Assembly: GCF_037042905.1 (NCBI RefSeq)
Contig: NC_087252.1
Location: 24,182,001-24,246,000 of the forward strand
DNA: 64,000 nucleotides
Direction: 5' to 3'
From: Lytechinus pictus
Taxonomy: Eukaryota
Of the stretch, positions 12,641 through 26,223 are shown piece by piece. A program made the translations under genes and the position numbers. Position 1 is the first letter of the stretch; every line of letters starts with the position of its first letter. The notes under the pieces are model-generated. The model saw nothing but the letters and a program-made list of their open reading frames with translations, did no database searches and had not been told where the DNA came from.

Positions 12641-14465
12641 TAGTGCTGCAAGTCAGGCGCCATGTTCGGGTTCGGTTCGGTTCGGCAAGGTTCGGCAGAA
12701 ATTTGCCGAACATTGGTTCGGTTCGGGGTTCGGTAATGATAGACTGATAAAGCTATAGTTCATTCAGGTATACGTAGCGTACCGGTAGACAATTTGTACT
12801 TGATTGACTGCATGTGCTCGCGTGTACCTCTGTCACATCAAACCATTTTATCTCTATCTTGTTGACATGAAACTATGAAAGTTATAGCGCTCAACGAATC
12901 AACTGTTATCTCGAATTTGATTATCTGATGACAGATTTATTGGGTAACTCACAGTTCTAAAATGGCGACTCTTCCTAGTCGTCCATACCTGGACCACACT
13001 TTGGATACTTGCCAAATTAACTACGCTCGCACTCGTACCAGCTAGGCCAGCGCATGCAGTCCCCTTGCATTGTAGCGGGACTCTGAGCTCATGAATATTT
13101 ATATATACAGTCCGGCCAAACGTGATTGGCAATTGCATCACATACGAGGCGGCCAGCGCCAGTGTACTGAACTGTAGGCATAGTAGGGCCAGGGGCGTGT
13201 CGAAGAAAGCGTGCTTATGTAATGCGCCTTTCGCTAATTGGCTCGATGGGTGAACTAAACCACCAATCGCATGTCGCTGATTGTCGCATCGGTACATACA
13301 GCCACGTGCTTTGTCTGCTCGCGAAACTCAGCTCACTGATTGAAGAGCAATTCCCGAGATTTCTATGATTTCATTGGTCAGATTTCATTCGACCATGAAC
13401 ATACAGACCAAGTGGGATGCAAAGTTTTACGACTGTAATGGGACAGGGGGAGTAGAGTGATCATCGAATTGTTTATGGTTAATTTGAGAAGTTGATAAGA
13501 AAGGGGAAAAAAAGTAAAGATTGGGGGTCATTTTCCCCCAAGAGATGAATGTTTCCGCATGGCTTTATCTTCATTCAACTTGTCAACGAGGGGAAGGGGA
13601 ACTTGCTATACGCTATACCGTAATCATTCATGAGTGTTTGATTTTTATTTTCATCTGATTGTTAATAATAAAAAAGATAACTTCACCTCATCTCATTTCT
13701 ATATTATTTGTTTTGCGTCTCTCCTTTCCATCTCTAACAGTCACTCACTTTATTTCCCACTTTCACTGGATCTCTCGTTTTCAAAACTCTTTACTTCTCT
13801 CTAAAATCATGAAAACTAGACAGTAGCGAGCCGACACCTCAATAATAATGTCAATCACCTCAATCAGATCTTTATTCTCCGCCGCAACAATACACGAGTT
13901 ACGATCTTAATCACATCGTATCGTAATTCGTGATATTAATGGTACTTCATCTTTCACTTTCAGTTTATTGAGCTCGTTCATTCAAAATACTTTAAAGATT
14001 TTCAAACAAGAATCTTGTTCGCCACCTAAAAACAACAATATTTTAGATAATTAGATTTAACCAATGAACACTCATACAGTTTTGGCGATTCGGCCACAGA
14101 GCGAGAGATGATGAAAGCCAGTAAAATGATTATAGCGCAAGCTCGCGCAACATCATTCATCGGATCTCCTTTCTTAATCAGGGCCGTAAAAACCACAATG
14201 TCAACATGAAAATGAAAACAAAATCTAGTAACCGCAAAATAAGCGCATACTTCCAACATACAATTGCAAAGAAGATTAAATAGAGAATGCGCAAATATAA
14301 TGATTAGAAAGGGTGTAAACTTATAAATTTATTAGCTGAAAGCCGTTTTTTTTTTTTTTGCCGAACTTCCGAACCAAGTCTTAGTGTTCGGTTCGGTTCT
14401 GTTCGGTTCGGAAGTGCCATGTTCGGCGAACTACCGTTCGGTTCGGCGGTTCGGCTACAGCACTA
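12641..14465. mobile_element. hAT-superfamily non-autonomous DNA transposon (1.8 kb)
   Basis: TIR TAGTGCTG(C/T)A; perfect 8-bp TSD CGGGCAAG (12633-12640, 14466-14473); dense subterminal GTTCG/CGAAC repeats at both ends; no transposase ORF. Confidence 0.92.
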
Positions 14466-17074
14466 CGGGCAAGGCAATCATTCTCCCATCATCTCTCACC
14501 ATGCACCTAAACCCATTGACCACCCAATTCTCCAATTCCAATGGGGTTTGTGCATCAAAAACCCAGTTGAAGAACTCAACAGGTTAAAGATTTCATCAAA
14601 CTCCCCGATGATGTGGTGATCTTTATTCAATAGATGCAGACATCCACATGCTCCTGCAAATCGAAATACCTTTGCCAGGTATCACCATCACATTAGTATC
14701 TAAATGCACTTTTTGTTGTCATTGTGTACCTCTTTGTGACAGAAGCATCCGACAATGAATTCTTCAAATCTTGTTTCTCTCCCATCTCCCCCCCCCCCCG
14801 CCCCCCTCTCTCTCTGTACCACATTATTGTACAGATAACACTTTATAGAGGGGAGGGGCACCATGCTCTCCTGCCCCCATCCTTCACTTTTCTCTCTTCC
14901 TCATATTCTTGCACAGATACATGTAATAGACAGTAGTAGACTCCAGGGGGGGGGGGCATGTCCTTGTGAAGCCCCCCCCCCCCGCCCCACCATCGTCCTC
15001 ACTTGACTTTCCTCTACCTCATATTGCTGTTAAGATACATGTACAAATTTTATGGAGATCCCCCCCCCCCTGTTCATCCTCGATCTTTTCTCTATCTCCT
15101 AATGCTACAGGTATAACAAATTTTATGAAGGTGTGGGGGAGAGATTTGTTTCCCCCTCCCTTTATCCAAACCCCTCTCTCTCTCTCTGGGCAAATTGAAT
15201 ATACCACTTGCTCATCTCCCCCCCCCCCCGTTCCTCTCCCAACCAAATGAAGCACCAGCCCTTCTCTTTATCCTCTCAGACTCATTCCAACATGGATAAC
15301 ATGAAAGGGGGCCACTCCAAGGGGGGTAAAATCTTGAGCCTTCTTCTTTCAAGTGCATCCCGCAGACCAGACGGAGAACTACTTCTTATCATAATGCCAT
15401 GCCCATGCCTCATGGATGAACCTAGCTGAGTATATTATGCAACCATTAGCTGAGATCTGGAGTCTTCGAGACAGCATGTAGCGCACGGCTCGCACGCACC
15501 CCGAGACTCCAGGTATCTGGATAGTTTGGTAAATGAAGACCTGAAATAGTGACCCTTCCAAGGTAAGTCCAAGAGTTGGAGAGAAAAGGATGAAGGGAAA
15601 TCAAAAGAAACCACGAAAGAGAGAGATGAAAGAAAGGGGCATTAGGAGATAGTAAAAAAGAAAAAAGAAAAAGAGAAAAAGGAGAAAGGGAATGTGAATA
15701 TGAATAAAATTGTGAAGAGAGCAAACATGAGAAAGAGATACTCGAGAGAAAGTGCGAGAGAAAGAACAAGACAGTAATGTCCTTCACCTGTGTCGCTCCA
15801 TCCTGTCCCTAACCCCCTTCCCCCCAAAAAAATAATTAAATAAAAATAAAAAAGCAATGCTTCCCTTCAAAACTTATTATAAACTCATATATCCACAATC
15901 CTCTATAAATTCAAAATACTGACTTTCTACAACTTCCCTTGGTAAATTCCAACATTATCTTTTAATATCATTTTATATCATTAATATTCATCACATCAAC
16001 TCCAATTTGGAATTGGGTCAACATTTTCAGGTCAGGATAGAGACTCAGCCAGGGTCTGAAAACCTACTCTCCTCTAGATGACGGAACAGATTTTTGAAAT
16101 CAGGATCATGCTAATGTAAGGTGAGCGGGATTCAGAATGGATGATGGATGGGCCACGCTGAAACACCAAGTGAATAATGTTCAGGCAGAAAACGGAAATG
16201 CAAGGGTAAGACTTCCATTGACAATCTGCAAACTACAACTCCACTTGCTTCAGTATTAAAGCCGATGTTCATTTTTAACCCCCCCCCCCCCCAAAAAAAA
16301 GGACCTGCCGCATACATGTCTATCCGGCCCATATTCTGATCATAGGTTTATTTAAACCCTGGTTGTGGTCTGCATGTAACTATGGATAGCAAATGGTGAC
16401 ACAAATCTCTGGTCAGTACCGGTTCCATCTGCCACCCCACTTCTCACTTGGATAATTGATATCATTGTCATTGGCCTTGGCCTTGGAAAATTTGTTCTGC
16501 CCTTGTTTATTTATCATATTCGTGATGTAAACATATACAATGTGCCCTGTAGAAAAGTTGCCTTGCCCTACATGTAATGATATCAAAATTTAAGGCCTGC
16601 TTTCAGAGCAATTGATGCCATAGCAAATATCATCATGGACATATCTACGGAAGACCTCAAAAGTTTGTATACTCCAGTTTCCTTGTCATAACACACTGTG
16701 AATATACCAGCAAATTCGGATCTGACCTAGATGTAATCATCAGGATGCGTTCATGGTAAAGCACTTCCATCAAGAGTCAATCAAGAAAATAAACTTCTGG
16801 AGGACAGATCTGGGTTTCCAAGTCAGGTTTGTTGTGGCCAGAAAAAAGGGGGTAAAGGTGACAAAAGAGCACCCCACTTCTTCCAAATGACCTCTTGTTG
16901 ATAGGGGCAGTGTATCAACGCATCTTAAGAGCAAGGTGTGAACGCAACAGGATTAACTTTAATCTTGATTTAAATATGCATACACCGTGGGTCTCAGCAC
17001 GAAAATCAGGTGAGGATTTTGCGAAAGAAGTAGTCAGTGATTTTCACTGAGGACTAATATACGTAATATATGTA

Positions 17075-17157
17075 AGCTACTGAAATCCTTGCATCTGATT
17101 GGCTCAAGAGTAAATTGGTCAGTGAAATTCACAAGGTGCTTTGTGAAACACACCCCA
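17075..17157 (-). mobile_element. CCAAT-containing short MITE family C (partial copy)
   Basis: gctactgaaatccttgcatctgattggctca; same core at ~11657, ~40250 and, in reverse, ~47729 and ~47969. Confidence 0.7.
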
Positions 17158-19008
17158 ATTCATCGGGGGGGGGGGGAGGGGGCATGGAGGAGTTGATAGA
17201 ACTATAAAACTTAAAATGCTTTTGCATTTAAGAATATCATTTTGGGGGGCTGGCAAAGCATTGATATCAAGTGCTGGTTGCTGACAGGCTCTCTGCATCA
17301 GTATAGCTGTGACCGACGAAATGGTTATAAACTTCAGGGAAACATGCCCTAACCTCACGAGCTTGTCTCTCGCGGTGGACAATCAAAATCGTCGGTCTGC
17401 CCGTCTTGCGACGAGTATGAACACGGCAGTATCAAATGAAGTCCAAACTGGACTACTATGGATGAGATGTCATCTCTAATAACGGCCAAGGCGCTGACAG
17501 AGGAGAGAAGCTTGTCCCGAGAAGCTACGTGCCGTTCTCCCAGCTGGTCTTTTGATGAGCATAGAGACTGCCCATAGAGAAGGCCGACAATGACCCCACT
17601 TTGACCTCAAGCGCGTGGCAGGGGGGTCGAGGGCCTCGCCTGGTATTCTACAAGCAAAGGTCGGGGTTGGTATTCAACTTGGCTCCAATGACCATTATGA
17701 TAATGATGATGATTATCGGGAGATGATAGTTGTCTTTTGTATTCAAACAACGGCAACCATCGGGCTCATCTTCAGACGACTCCTGGACAACACCCCTGGA
17801 TCTTTACCCACAACGCAGGGTTCTTGGGCAACTCTCCCATGTACATGGTCAATATGGATGTATGCATCCAGGCAGCCTAGAGTGAGCATTTCCCATGTTT
17901 GAAATTCATCAAACAAATGATGGTCCCTCAGAGAGGACACTAAGCAGTTGGTCCTCTGGTTGCCTCCTCTGCATTCATGCTTTCTAGCAGTCTGATAAAA
18001 TAACCATCACCACAATCTGTGAATGTCTTTTATATTGTAGCTTGTATTCTCTGCCAAATATGGAACTACATGTAGACTGATGGATGAATTCTACTTTCTG
18101 AATAAGAAACTAAAACTACTATAATTTGAGCAATTAATTAATGTATCAATGATAGATATTGTGAAGAGGAGTCAGTGGTTGATTGGTTTTCTGCTAGGTA
18201 GTATAGCAACAAACCGATAGTGAGAGAATCTCTCAATTTCTCATGAATTGACTTCTCAGATATTATTGGTCACATTGATCTGAAACTACATGTGCAAAGC
18301 AAACAGCCGAAATTCCATTGTTCAAGATCTATAACGAACAGAATGGTAGTATGAGAGAGCTTGTCTTGTGCCATGTACAGGTATGATAAATTGATTAAGA
18401 TTAATCAGTCACCCGATCTCCGTTAAGCACATCTCGAGCTAAAAGAAGAAAGAGGGCTCCTATCACATTGCAGCACCGAGGTGAAGTTCACGGAAAGGAC
18501 AAGAAAAGGTTACCAGAGGCCCGGCATCTTCCGTTGCCTCCAGCAGCATCTAGCATCGCAAAACGCATCCCACGGTGATATTAACCACACGGACGGAATG
18601 CCACACGACACCTTGGTAAATGTCAGAGGATCGGGACAATGGCGCAGGACAGAATGGCACCCTCTCTAACCCCTTGGCCCGGTTCTAGTTTTAATTATAG
18701 GTCTGATTTCCCTTGTATCATATCGGGGATGCTCACAGCTAATTAATGGTTTATAAAGGAACCATGCTAGATGATGCTGGTGGGTTGGCTTCATCTGTGG
18801 GTGTCATGAACTGTCATGAGGTCTTCAGATTTTATTCAACAAAGATATACTAGTAGTGTATAAATGGAACTGCGTGGGCAATAATGCATTCAAATGAGAT
18901 TTGATTTACACTTCTAAATGATGATTAAATTACGTATCTCACATTGCTCCCACCCCCAGAGAAGATTATCCTACTGCAATGTCAGAATTTGGAAGCGACA
19001 ACCACCAT

Positions 19009-19281
19009 GACACCGTTCTCACTACGGTCCTAAAACTAGTTTAACAGGTAGTGAGAACGGTTGAAGCAGTCTTGGAAGCGATCTTCCAAACCAGTTCGGA
19101 AAACCTCGCGATGAAGTTTTCAAGATCGCTTCGCCTCTGTAAACTGGTTTTTGCGTAAGTGAGGACACAACCGTTCTTCACACATTTTGAGCGCGCTACT
19201 CCAAACGACAAGTCAAGAATACCTACACTGCAGTTTGGAATTTCGCGCGAAATGTGTCACCCCACATTGGACCCTATGGCA
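19009..19281 (+). mobile_element. Truncated copy of the Harbinger-like MITE at 63115-63579
   Basis: gacaccgttctcactac...gaagcgatcttccaaacc...tttcgcgcgaaatgtgtcacccca aligns with the left part of the 63115 element. Confidence 0.85.
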
Positions 19282-21425
19282 ATTTCAGGGAATTGTTTTT
19301 TTTGTTATTCTATTTTATTTCGCCAGGGCTCTTTGGTGCTTTTCAGGGGTCAATTCACCCCAAGCCCCCATGGATGTTTTCCCCCGGATCCAAACTCATC
19401 CAACCAAGCTCCCACCACCATTCACAGAATGAAGGGGTAAAATGCAACATTGTTTTTAACTGAACACAGATCAAAACAAGACTCAAATGCATGATTTTGG
19501 CTTGAAAGAGGAACATAAACGCACGTGATGTACGTACATAAAGAGGGGATGAAGAAAAGGAAGTATTAATTGGTAAAGAGTGGATCTTCTGACATAGGAA
19601 ACCCAAAGGTTATTTTCCAAGGATGCACACATGGAAAATGAATCGTTGAAATGGGTCACCGCCTTCAATGCTCAGGGCTAGCGGATGAGAGAGCGTGAGA
19701 AATATCACCCCCGAAACACACCACACTTTGGAGTTTGGACCTTAAACCTCATTGATATCTATTCAGTCTGACATTTCATTCGCATGTCTTCCTCGAGTTC
19801 AATGCAGAGTTAAATACACATGATCGTGTAAAAGAAATAATGCGATGTTCGAAAGACAAACATCCAAATCTGAGCAATGACTTTTGACAAAGTTCAAGAG
19901 CGAGTCCTGGAGATGATTTCTTGAAATTGTTCTAGTTAGGTTGATCAAAATCCTAACTTATATGTTACTTATAATATCCTACTGTGTTCCGACTGAAAAC
20001 ATAGCTTTACTCTTCATATAAGTTGGCGTTTAATACCAATCATTATTGTAGCCCTACATACAAAAGAGGAGAAATAATAGAAACTTTATCCCATTGTTTA
20101 TCAAAGTTTTAAAGTCACAAATCATTTTTTTTAACAAATCTCTTTAAAATTTGACAAGAAAAATGCAAGGGCATCTGAGAAAGGGTGCTTTACCAGGTAC
20201 ATGTATATATTAAGCAAAATGTAAACATTGAAACTTTGGACTCTCTGATGTGTGCCCTATACATACAACAGTAAAGAAGTCACTGACATGTAAGTTACAC
20301 CTCAGTTAACAGCCTATTGTCCTGTCCTGTTGGATCAATACATTGATCACTGTAACACCATTGTTATTCAGAACATGTGACTTGGTGGCTTGGTGAGGGT
20401 ATATTTCACAATTGCTGCAGTAGATTTCACAATAGAAGCAGGTACAGTAGATGGTAGTTTTCAAGAGAGTAGATTTCACAAGTATTGTGAAATCTGATTA
20501 TAGTAGAGGGTCGGCCTACATGTATATATATATATATATATATCTAAACGTCACATGGGGGGTTTTACATTTATAGGCAAAGGGGAAAGCCAAGATGTTA
20601 CGAGGTCAAATGAGAAGGGTACTTGGCAAGTTGGTTTTTAAATATTGCATAACAGCAGTATAGAGGTATTGTACATGATGTAGGTTTCAAGTTTCAAGAC
20701 AAAAGGAGAAGGAGAGGGTATGCAGGTGTTTTAATAGAGGACTATCATAAAGGGCACTTACAAGTTAAGTTCAGAGTTGGTTTTTTAGTAGATTGCATAA
20801 CAGCAGAAAGAGAAGTCCATTTCACAAGAGTACATTTCACAATAGGAGTATCATAGGAAATCAAAGATGCTGCCAGTTTTGGAGGTCAAATTAGAAGGAG
20901 TGCTTGCCAAGTTTTTGCAAAGAAGCTCTACTATTGATTTTCTTACACTTTCATTTCTGGGGTTGTGCGCAGGAATGTACACACTGACAATAGCGGATGC
21001 ATTCAATATTAAGCTCTATTCACCTGCGAACCGGGTAATGCTGGTTTGATTTAGTTTTGGGTATAAGAATGAGAACAACTGTATATGGGTCAATCTGCCT
21101 ACATCATGTACAGGCCTACAATACAATACTACAGTATGTTGTATCTCTGGGATCATTAAAATCTGTTTGACTTGATATTTAGTATAGGTCAATTCAGATG
21201 TAAATGACACATACATGTTTCTGATAAATTGTTTTGAATTTGCGATTTGTTTAATTTCAATAGAGAAAGATGATTATATGCAAAATAATTTTTTTCAATA
21301 CATGGGTATGATGAAATGAATAGTATGTTCTTGAAAAATAGATTTGCACCATAAGAACACACAAATTTTGACTTCTTGTCGTGTCTTGTGATTTAATTCT
21401 GTCAACTTTTTAGTGCAGCTGCATA

Positions 21426-21559
21426 CACTACCAGTCAGCTTCACATCTTTGACTCACTATTACCTGTAAAAACAAGGGAACAATAGATTTGCTCCACAGA
21501 ATCTATTGTCCTCTGGTTTTTACAGGTAATAGTGAGTAAAAGATAGCCGACTGGCAGTA
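21426..21559. mobile_element. Palindromic hairpin MITE with TA flanks (Tc1/mariner-like)
   Basis: Arms ...actcactattacctgtaaaaac...acaatagatt / aatctattgt...gtttttacaggtaatagtgagt...; TA on both sides; CACT left terminus. Confidence 0.7.
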
Positions 21560-23119
21560 TATGTACTTATTTCTATTTCGAAGAGTACCTGTATCTGTTC
21601 TCTAAACCGATGGATCGCTTGTTTTATGACCAATGAATGACAGTTTACAGCGAGGTAAATGTACTTTTATCTCCCATGAAATGGATCAGAAATTCCTACT
21701 TGCCTTTCTCACCCTTTTGCATAGATAGTGCAATGAGGGGAATAATAAACCATAAGCCCCCCCCCTTAAAAAAAAATATTCCATTAATTTTTCCAAATTA
21801 TTTAATGATAAAATGAGTTCCCAATTAAAATTATTACAGGGGAATGAACTACGTAGCATAGCCAATCCCGTCTTAAAAAAGTGCCCCTTGTTATATCTTT
21901 TTTTTGGGGGGGGGGATAATATGAATCATATCTATAGGATTATTTTTATTTTCACTTTAAAAAAGATAACATGTGCAAAATAACAATATACAATAAGTAG
22001 TCCCCAGGTGCAGTCCTCAAATCAGGCAAAATACATGGATGTTTTTTTTTTTTCAATTTGAGGGGGGGGGGGGGGAGGTGGGTTTTTTTTCAACCTAAAT
22101 GTACTGCCAAAATCTCCAATAGGAATAGCTGCATACATACATGTACACGTACTACATTTGTAATACTGACTGGCTTTGAAGTTTTGTATCAAAGACTGGG
22201 CGGGATTGATGCTTTTGGAAGAAAAACATGAAAAATTAATGGATTTTCTGAAGCGAAGCCATGAAATTTGGTGAGTCATGGCTACCGATGCCAAAGTCTA
22301 AGAACGCTGTGCTATACATGTATATACATATTAAAGCCTAAGGGTTGGGTAGGTACTACATATAGAGTGGTACATGGGGCTGTGGAAGTGTAAATTATAC
22401 TTATGACCTTATTATACAGATCTGAATAACAGTAGTGAAAACATAATTTCATGGGGTTATTTTTTTACCATTGAACTATTCAACAATCTTAAGACAATTT
22501 TACAGGATAACTACACACAATCATGTGCAAAATTTTGTAAATGTCTCATACCAATTTTTAATTGAAAAAAATCTTTTTTTTATTATTAAACCTGCATGGA
22601 AATTCGCAGGAGTCAAAACACATGTGAAGAAAAAAAGAATTTTTTTAAAATTTTGATATTAATAGTTTTCAGTCATGGAATTGTTATGTTATCTCCATGA
22701 CTTGGATATGCAGAAACTGTAATACATGTAATAACCTGCATGAATATGGATTTCTCTTGTTGACAATCAGTGTTTTATTTTGTATGATAGTGAAATTTTT
22801 ACACTTTTCTTTCTTTTCAAAGAAAATGTAAAATGTTTGTAATAAAGTTCAACTTTCCTCGTACATGCAGGTATCACTTCCACAAACAATTTTTCATATT
22901 TAATTTCTTGTGTTAAACATGTAGTCTTTGGGAAAATTCTAATTAAAATGCTATTTCTGAAACAAATCAATCTTAACATTCCAATTTAATGATATTATAT
23001 ATCATTTCTTAAATGATTAGTGATAATTATTCATGCTCTGACAGTATCATACAATCCAATCAAGCCTAAGCCTTCTTATCTGGACATAACCTCATTAGCA
23101 TGCACCTCACAACAAAATT

Positions 23120-23190
23120 GACCAATCACAGAGGGTTGGATACAACCCCCAGCCAATCAGCAGGCAGGGATTGACCATGGGGGCGGGCCT
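23120..23190 (+). promoter_or_regulatory. Two CCAAT boxes plus GC box (promoter-like motif set)
   Basis: GACCAATCA (CCAAT 23122-23126), AGCCAATCAG (23153-23157), GGGGGCGGGC (23179-23188). Confidence 0.3.
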
Positions 23191-23460
23191 TGGGGAATTG
23201 TCATTCAGAAAAAGCAGTGAGTGGTGTATGCTGAGTGGGCAATATCACTGGAAGGTCAATTGCATATAGGGCAATGTATGAGCTGCCAAGCATGGAGATT
23301 AGTCTGAACGCAATCAGACCCCTTTGGTTGTTTACAATGGATGTGCTTTGAAGATAGGCAATGAACATGGGGTCATACTATTAGGTCATACTCATTTATT
23401 TTCTCCAATAGAACTTTTTAGATATTGTTTTATAGTGAACAGGGAATGGAATAATAAGGC

Positions 23461-23712
23461 TTACAAAGTTGCGATTGATCCGATCAACCACAACTGTGGA
23501 AAGCAAGCATCGTCAACAATTAAAACATATTTGTTCACAATATTTCCTAACTTTGATAAATATTCATATATTCATTGTTTTATTGAAAATTCAGTGTGCT
23601 CCTCTTCGTTTTACAGAGGACAGTGTGGGAATTCCTCGTAGAAAAAAATTATGACTTGGATGGATTTCCGTATAGTTGAGGTTGATTGGATCAATTGTAA
23701 CTCTAAGGGACC
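23461..23712. mobile_element. Harbinger-like MITE family A, degraded copy in reverse orientation
   Basis: gttgcgattgatccgatcaaccacaactgtggaaagc ... gttgattggatcaattgtaactct; matches the reverse complement of the family A body. Confidence 0.75.
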
Positions 23713-23837
23713 CAGAAGAGGGTCTTTGACAGAGACTAGGCATCCTTCTATCAAATAAGCAGTGCTCAGGTTTGTATTGGTTGGTATGAGAGTCTATTAA
23801 TAGAATCTGGCTGTAAACCAATACGCTCAAGTTATGA

Positions 23838-24005
23838 GTGAGAGATGGAGACAGGGGGAGAGAGCGGAAGAGACAAGGAGAGAGAAGAAGAGACGGGGAG
23901 GGAGAGGAAGAGACTGGGAGAGAGAAGAAGAGACGAGGAGAGAGAAGAAGAGACAGGGAGAGAGAGGTAAAGAGACAAGGAGAAGTAAAGAGACAGGGAG
24001 AGAAA
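23838..24005. repeat. GA-rich minisatellite, ~20-bp unit (gagagagaagaagagacagg)
   Basis: About 8 degenerate units visible directly. Confidence 0.85.
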
Positions 24006-24859
24006 GTGCCTGCGATAGATTTGCCAATGCATAATGTACATGTATGCAGTTTGATGGAAGGAAATATTCATAGGATTCAAATGGACAGCTGATCGCAAGT
24101 TAATTGCTGAAAGAGCTGTAAAAAGAGAGAAAAGAATAGTGGTGGGAATGTGACTGAAGGGGGAGAGAGTGAGAGAGGGGAACTTGTTTACAAAATATAC
24201 CGATCAGCTGTTTTACATGTGAGCCTACACTGTACAGGCTAGGTAGTCAAATCATGGAGCTATTACAGAATGGCCCTACTGTGTATAAAAGGGAGAAGCC
24301 TTCTGGTAATCTGGTAGTAGGATAAGTACATGCAGAGCAACTCATAAAAGATAATCAGGAGCTATAAAGAAAATAAGGAAATGAAAGATAATGTCATTTT
24401 CAGGGAGAAAGGGAGATAGAGAAAGAAAAACAGAGACAGATATATACAGGCTAAATGTATGTAGAGAGGCAGAGAGAGGGATAGAGTGGGAGACAGGCAG
24501 AGAGATTGTTTACATTGTGATCAGCTGTTTCAGTGACTGATGAAGGTACAGTATGTCCTGTACATGCAGACATGTACACATTGCTAGCAAAAATATTTGA
24601 GAGGGAGAAAAGGAATAGGCATAAAATCAAGAGATAAAGAAATAGAGACTGTGGTTTTGGTGTGGTGGTGGGGGTGGGTGTATATAAATGATCAGCTGTT
24701 CGAGGGAATGAAATCTACATGCATGTACATGTACTGTACATGAGCATTGAAAGGCTGTATGACAGCATACACAGCGATGTGGAGGGAAATGTTTGATTTT
24801 GAAAACAACAACTCGTATATTAAAACATTATTTTCAATTGGTCTATTAAAATGCCAATA

Positions 24860-25247
24860 CGTTCAATTACCAACTCGTCTACCACCAGTTCATCCACTAT
24901 CCACAGGGTCTAATTGCCATTTCATCCACTCACCATTTCGTCTAAAAACCAGTTGGCCCAATAGCCATAAATAGTTCATATACCATTTGGTCTATTAATG
25001 GACAAAATTAATGAAAAGAAAATGGGTATTAGACCAACTGGTTATGAGACGAAATGGTCGAATAGACGAACTGGTGATTAGACAACAACCATTTGGTCCA
25101 ATAATCACTTTGTCACAATCGCAAAGTGATTATTGGACCAAATGGTTGTCAGACAGAATGTTGATTGATGGAATGACATAAAAATGAAGGTAGACCATGT
25201 GATGGGTGGACGAGTTGGCAATAGACGAATTGGTAATTTTAATACCG
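24860..25247. mobile_element. Modular foldback MITE built from ~17-18-bp subrepeats
   Basis: TIR aattaccaactcgtcta / tagacgaattggtaatt; left arm cca..t(c/g)gtcta units mirrored by tagac.a..tgg units in the right arm. Confidence 0.8.
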
Positions 25248-26223
25248 TTAAAACGATGTCAAAACGTAGACACACTGGTATGTGTCAACCAAATATTAAT
25301 CACGGGATATCGAGTGGAATGTGAAAACATATGTTCAAAAGATCAACAACTCTGTGAAAATTGCTTGCATAACACTTCATAGAGAGGCATGGGTGAAACA
25401 GAAAACAGATTCATTTACATTGTACATGTAGGAGGTGACAGTTGAAAAAAAAATTGTCAAATCTAAAGCAAAGATTTCAACAAATAAAATCTCTCTGAAA
25501 TCATTCATAATCAAATAAACCGCCTACATGTACATGTACTTGCTTGTACGTGTGTATGTATTATATGGCTAAACCATATTTTGAATAAACAATTTTTAAA
25601 TTGTTAAATAATAAAATAAAACAATAGATTATGTGGCATCAAAATCAAATATTCATTTTCAGGCTGGAAATAATATAAACCACATACATGTACTTTGTGG
25701 TATACCCATGTTTGATTATAAAATAATTTTTCATTTTGGAGACTACTAAAACATAAAAAATTATCTGTTATCAAAAATCGAATTCATTTCCAGGTTGGAA
25801 GTAATATAAAAATGAATGAAAAATAATTGCAATACAAGCACATGTACATCGACACGGCTCCGCCACAATCATGATACACTCATCGGAGCTGAACAAATTT
25901 GCAACTGAATTTTTAAATGTCAGAGTTCTTTTGATACGGTTCTTAATCAGATTATTCCCCCCCCCCCTTCTATCTTCCGCTAGTTTTCAGCCCACGTAAA
26001 AATCTCTACTTTCTCCCGCTCACCCCCAGCCCCCGATCTTTACGAGACACCTCGCCTGTGTTTGCATGTTCTCCTTTTTCCGCTGGCCATACCTGCAGTG
26101 TTTGCATCTAGCTGCGACCAAGGACATGACCTTGATTCATTCATAACCATGTTCGAACATATGAATACATGGTCCTTAAATTGGCAATACATCAAGGTCT
26201 AAACCTAAAACAATGGCTGCTAA

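Noticed and set aside
12899..13297. 132-aa ORF inside the 12641 hAT element as a transposase
   Set aside because: No BED finger, DDE or dimerisation motifs
15333..15568. Strong splice donor AAG|GTAAGT at 15562/15563 after a GC-richer patch
   Set aside because: No convincing open frame or partner exon; such motifs occur by chance in 64 kb; needs RNA-seq
20400..20920. Degenerate repeats (agtagatttcacaa; gaggtcaaat...cttg.caagtt; ttgcataacagcag)
   Set aside because: Real but heavily decayed local duplications with no definable unit or function
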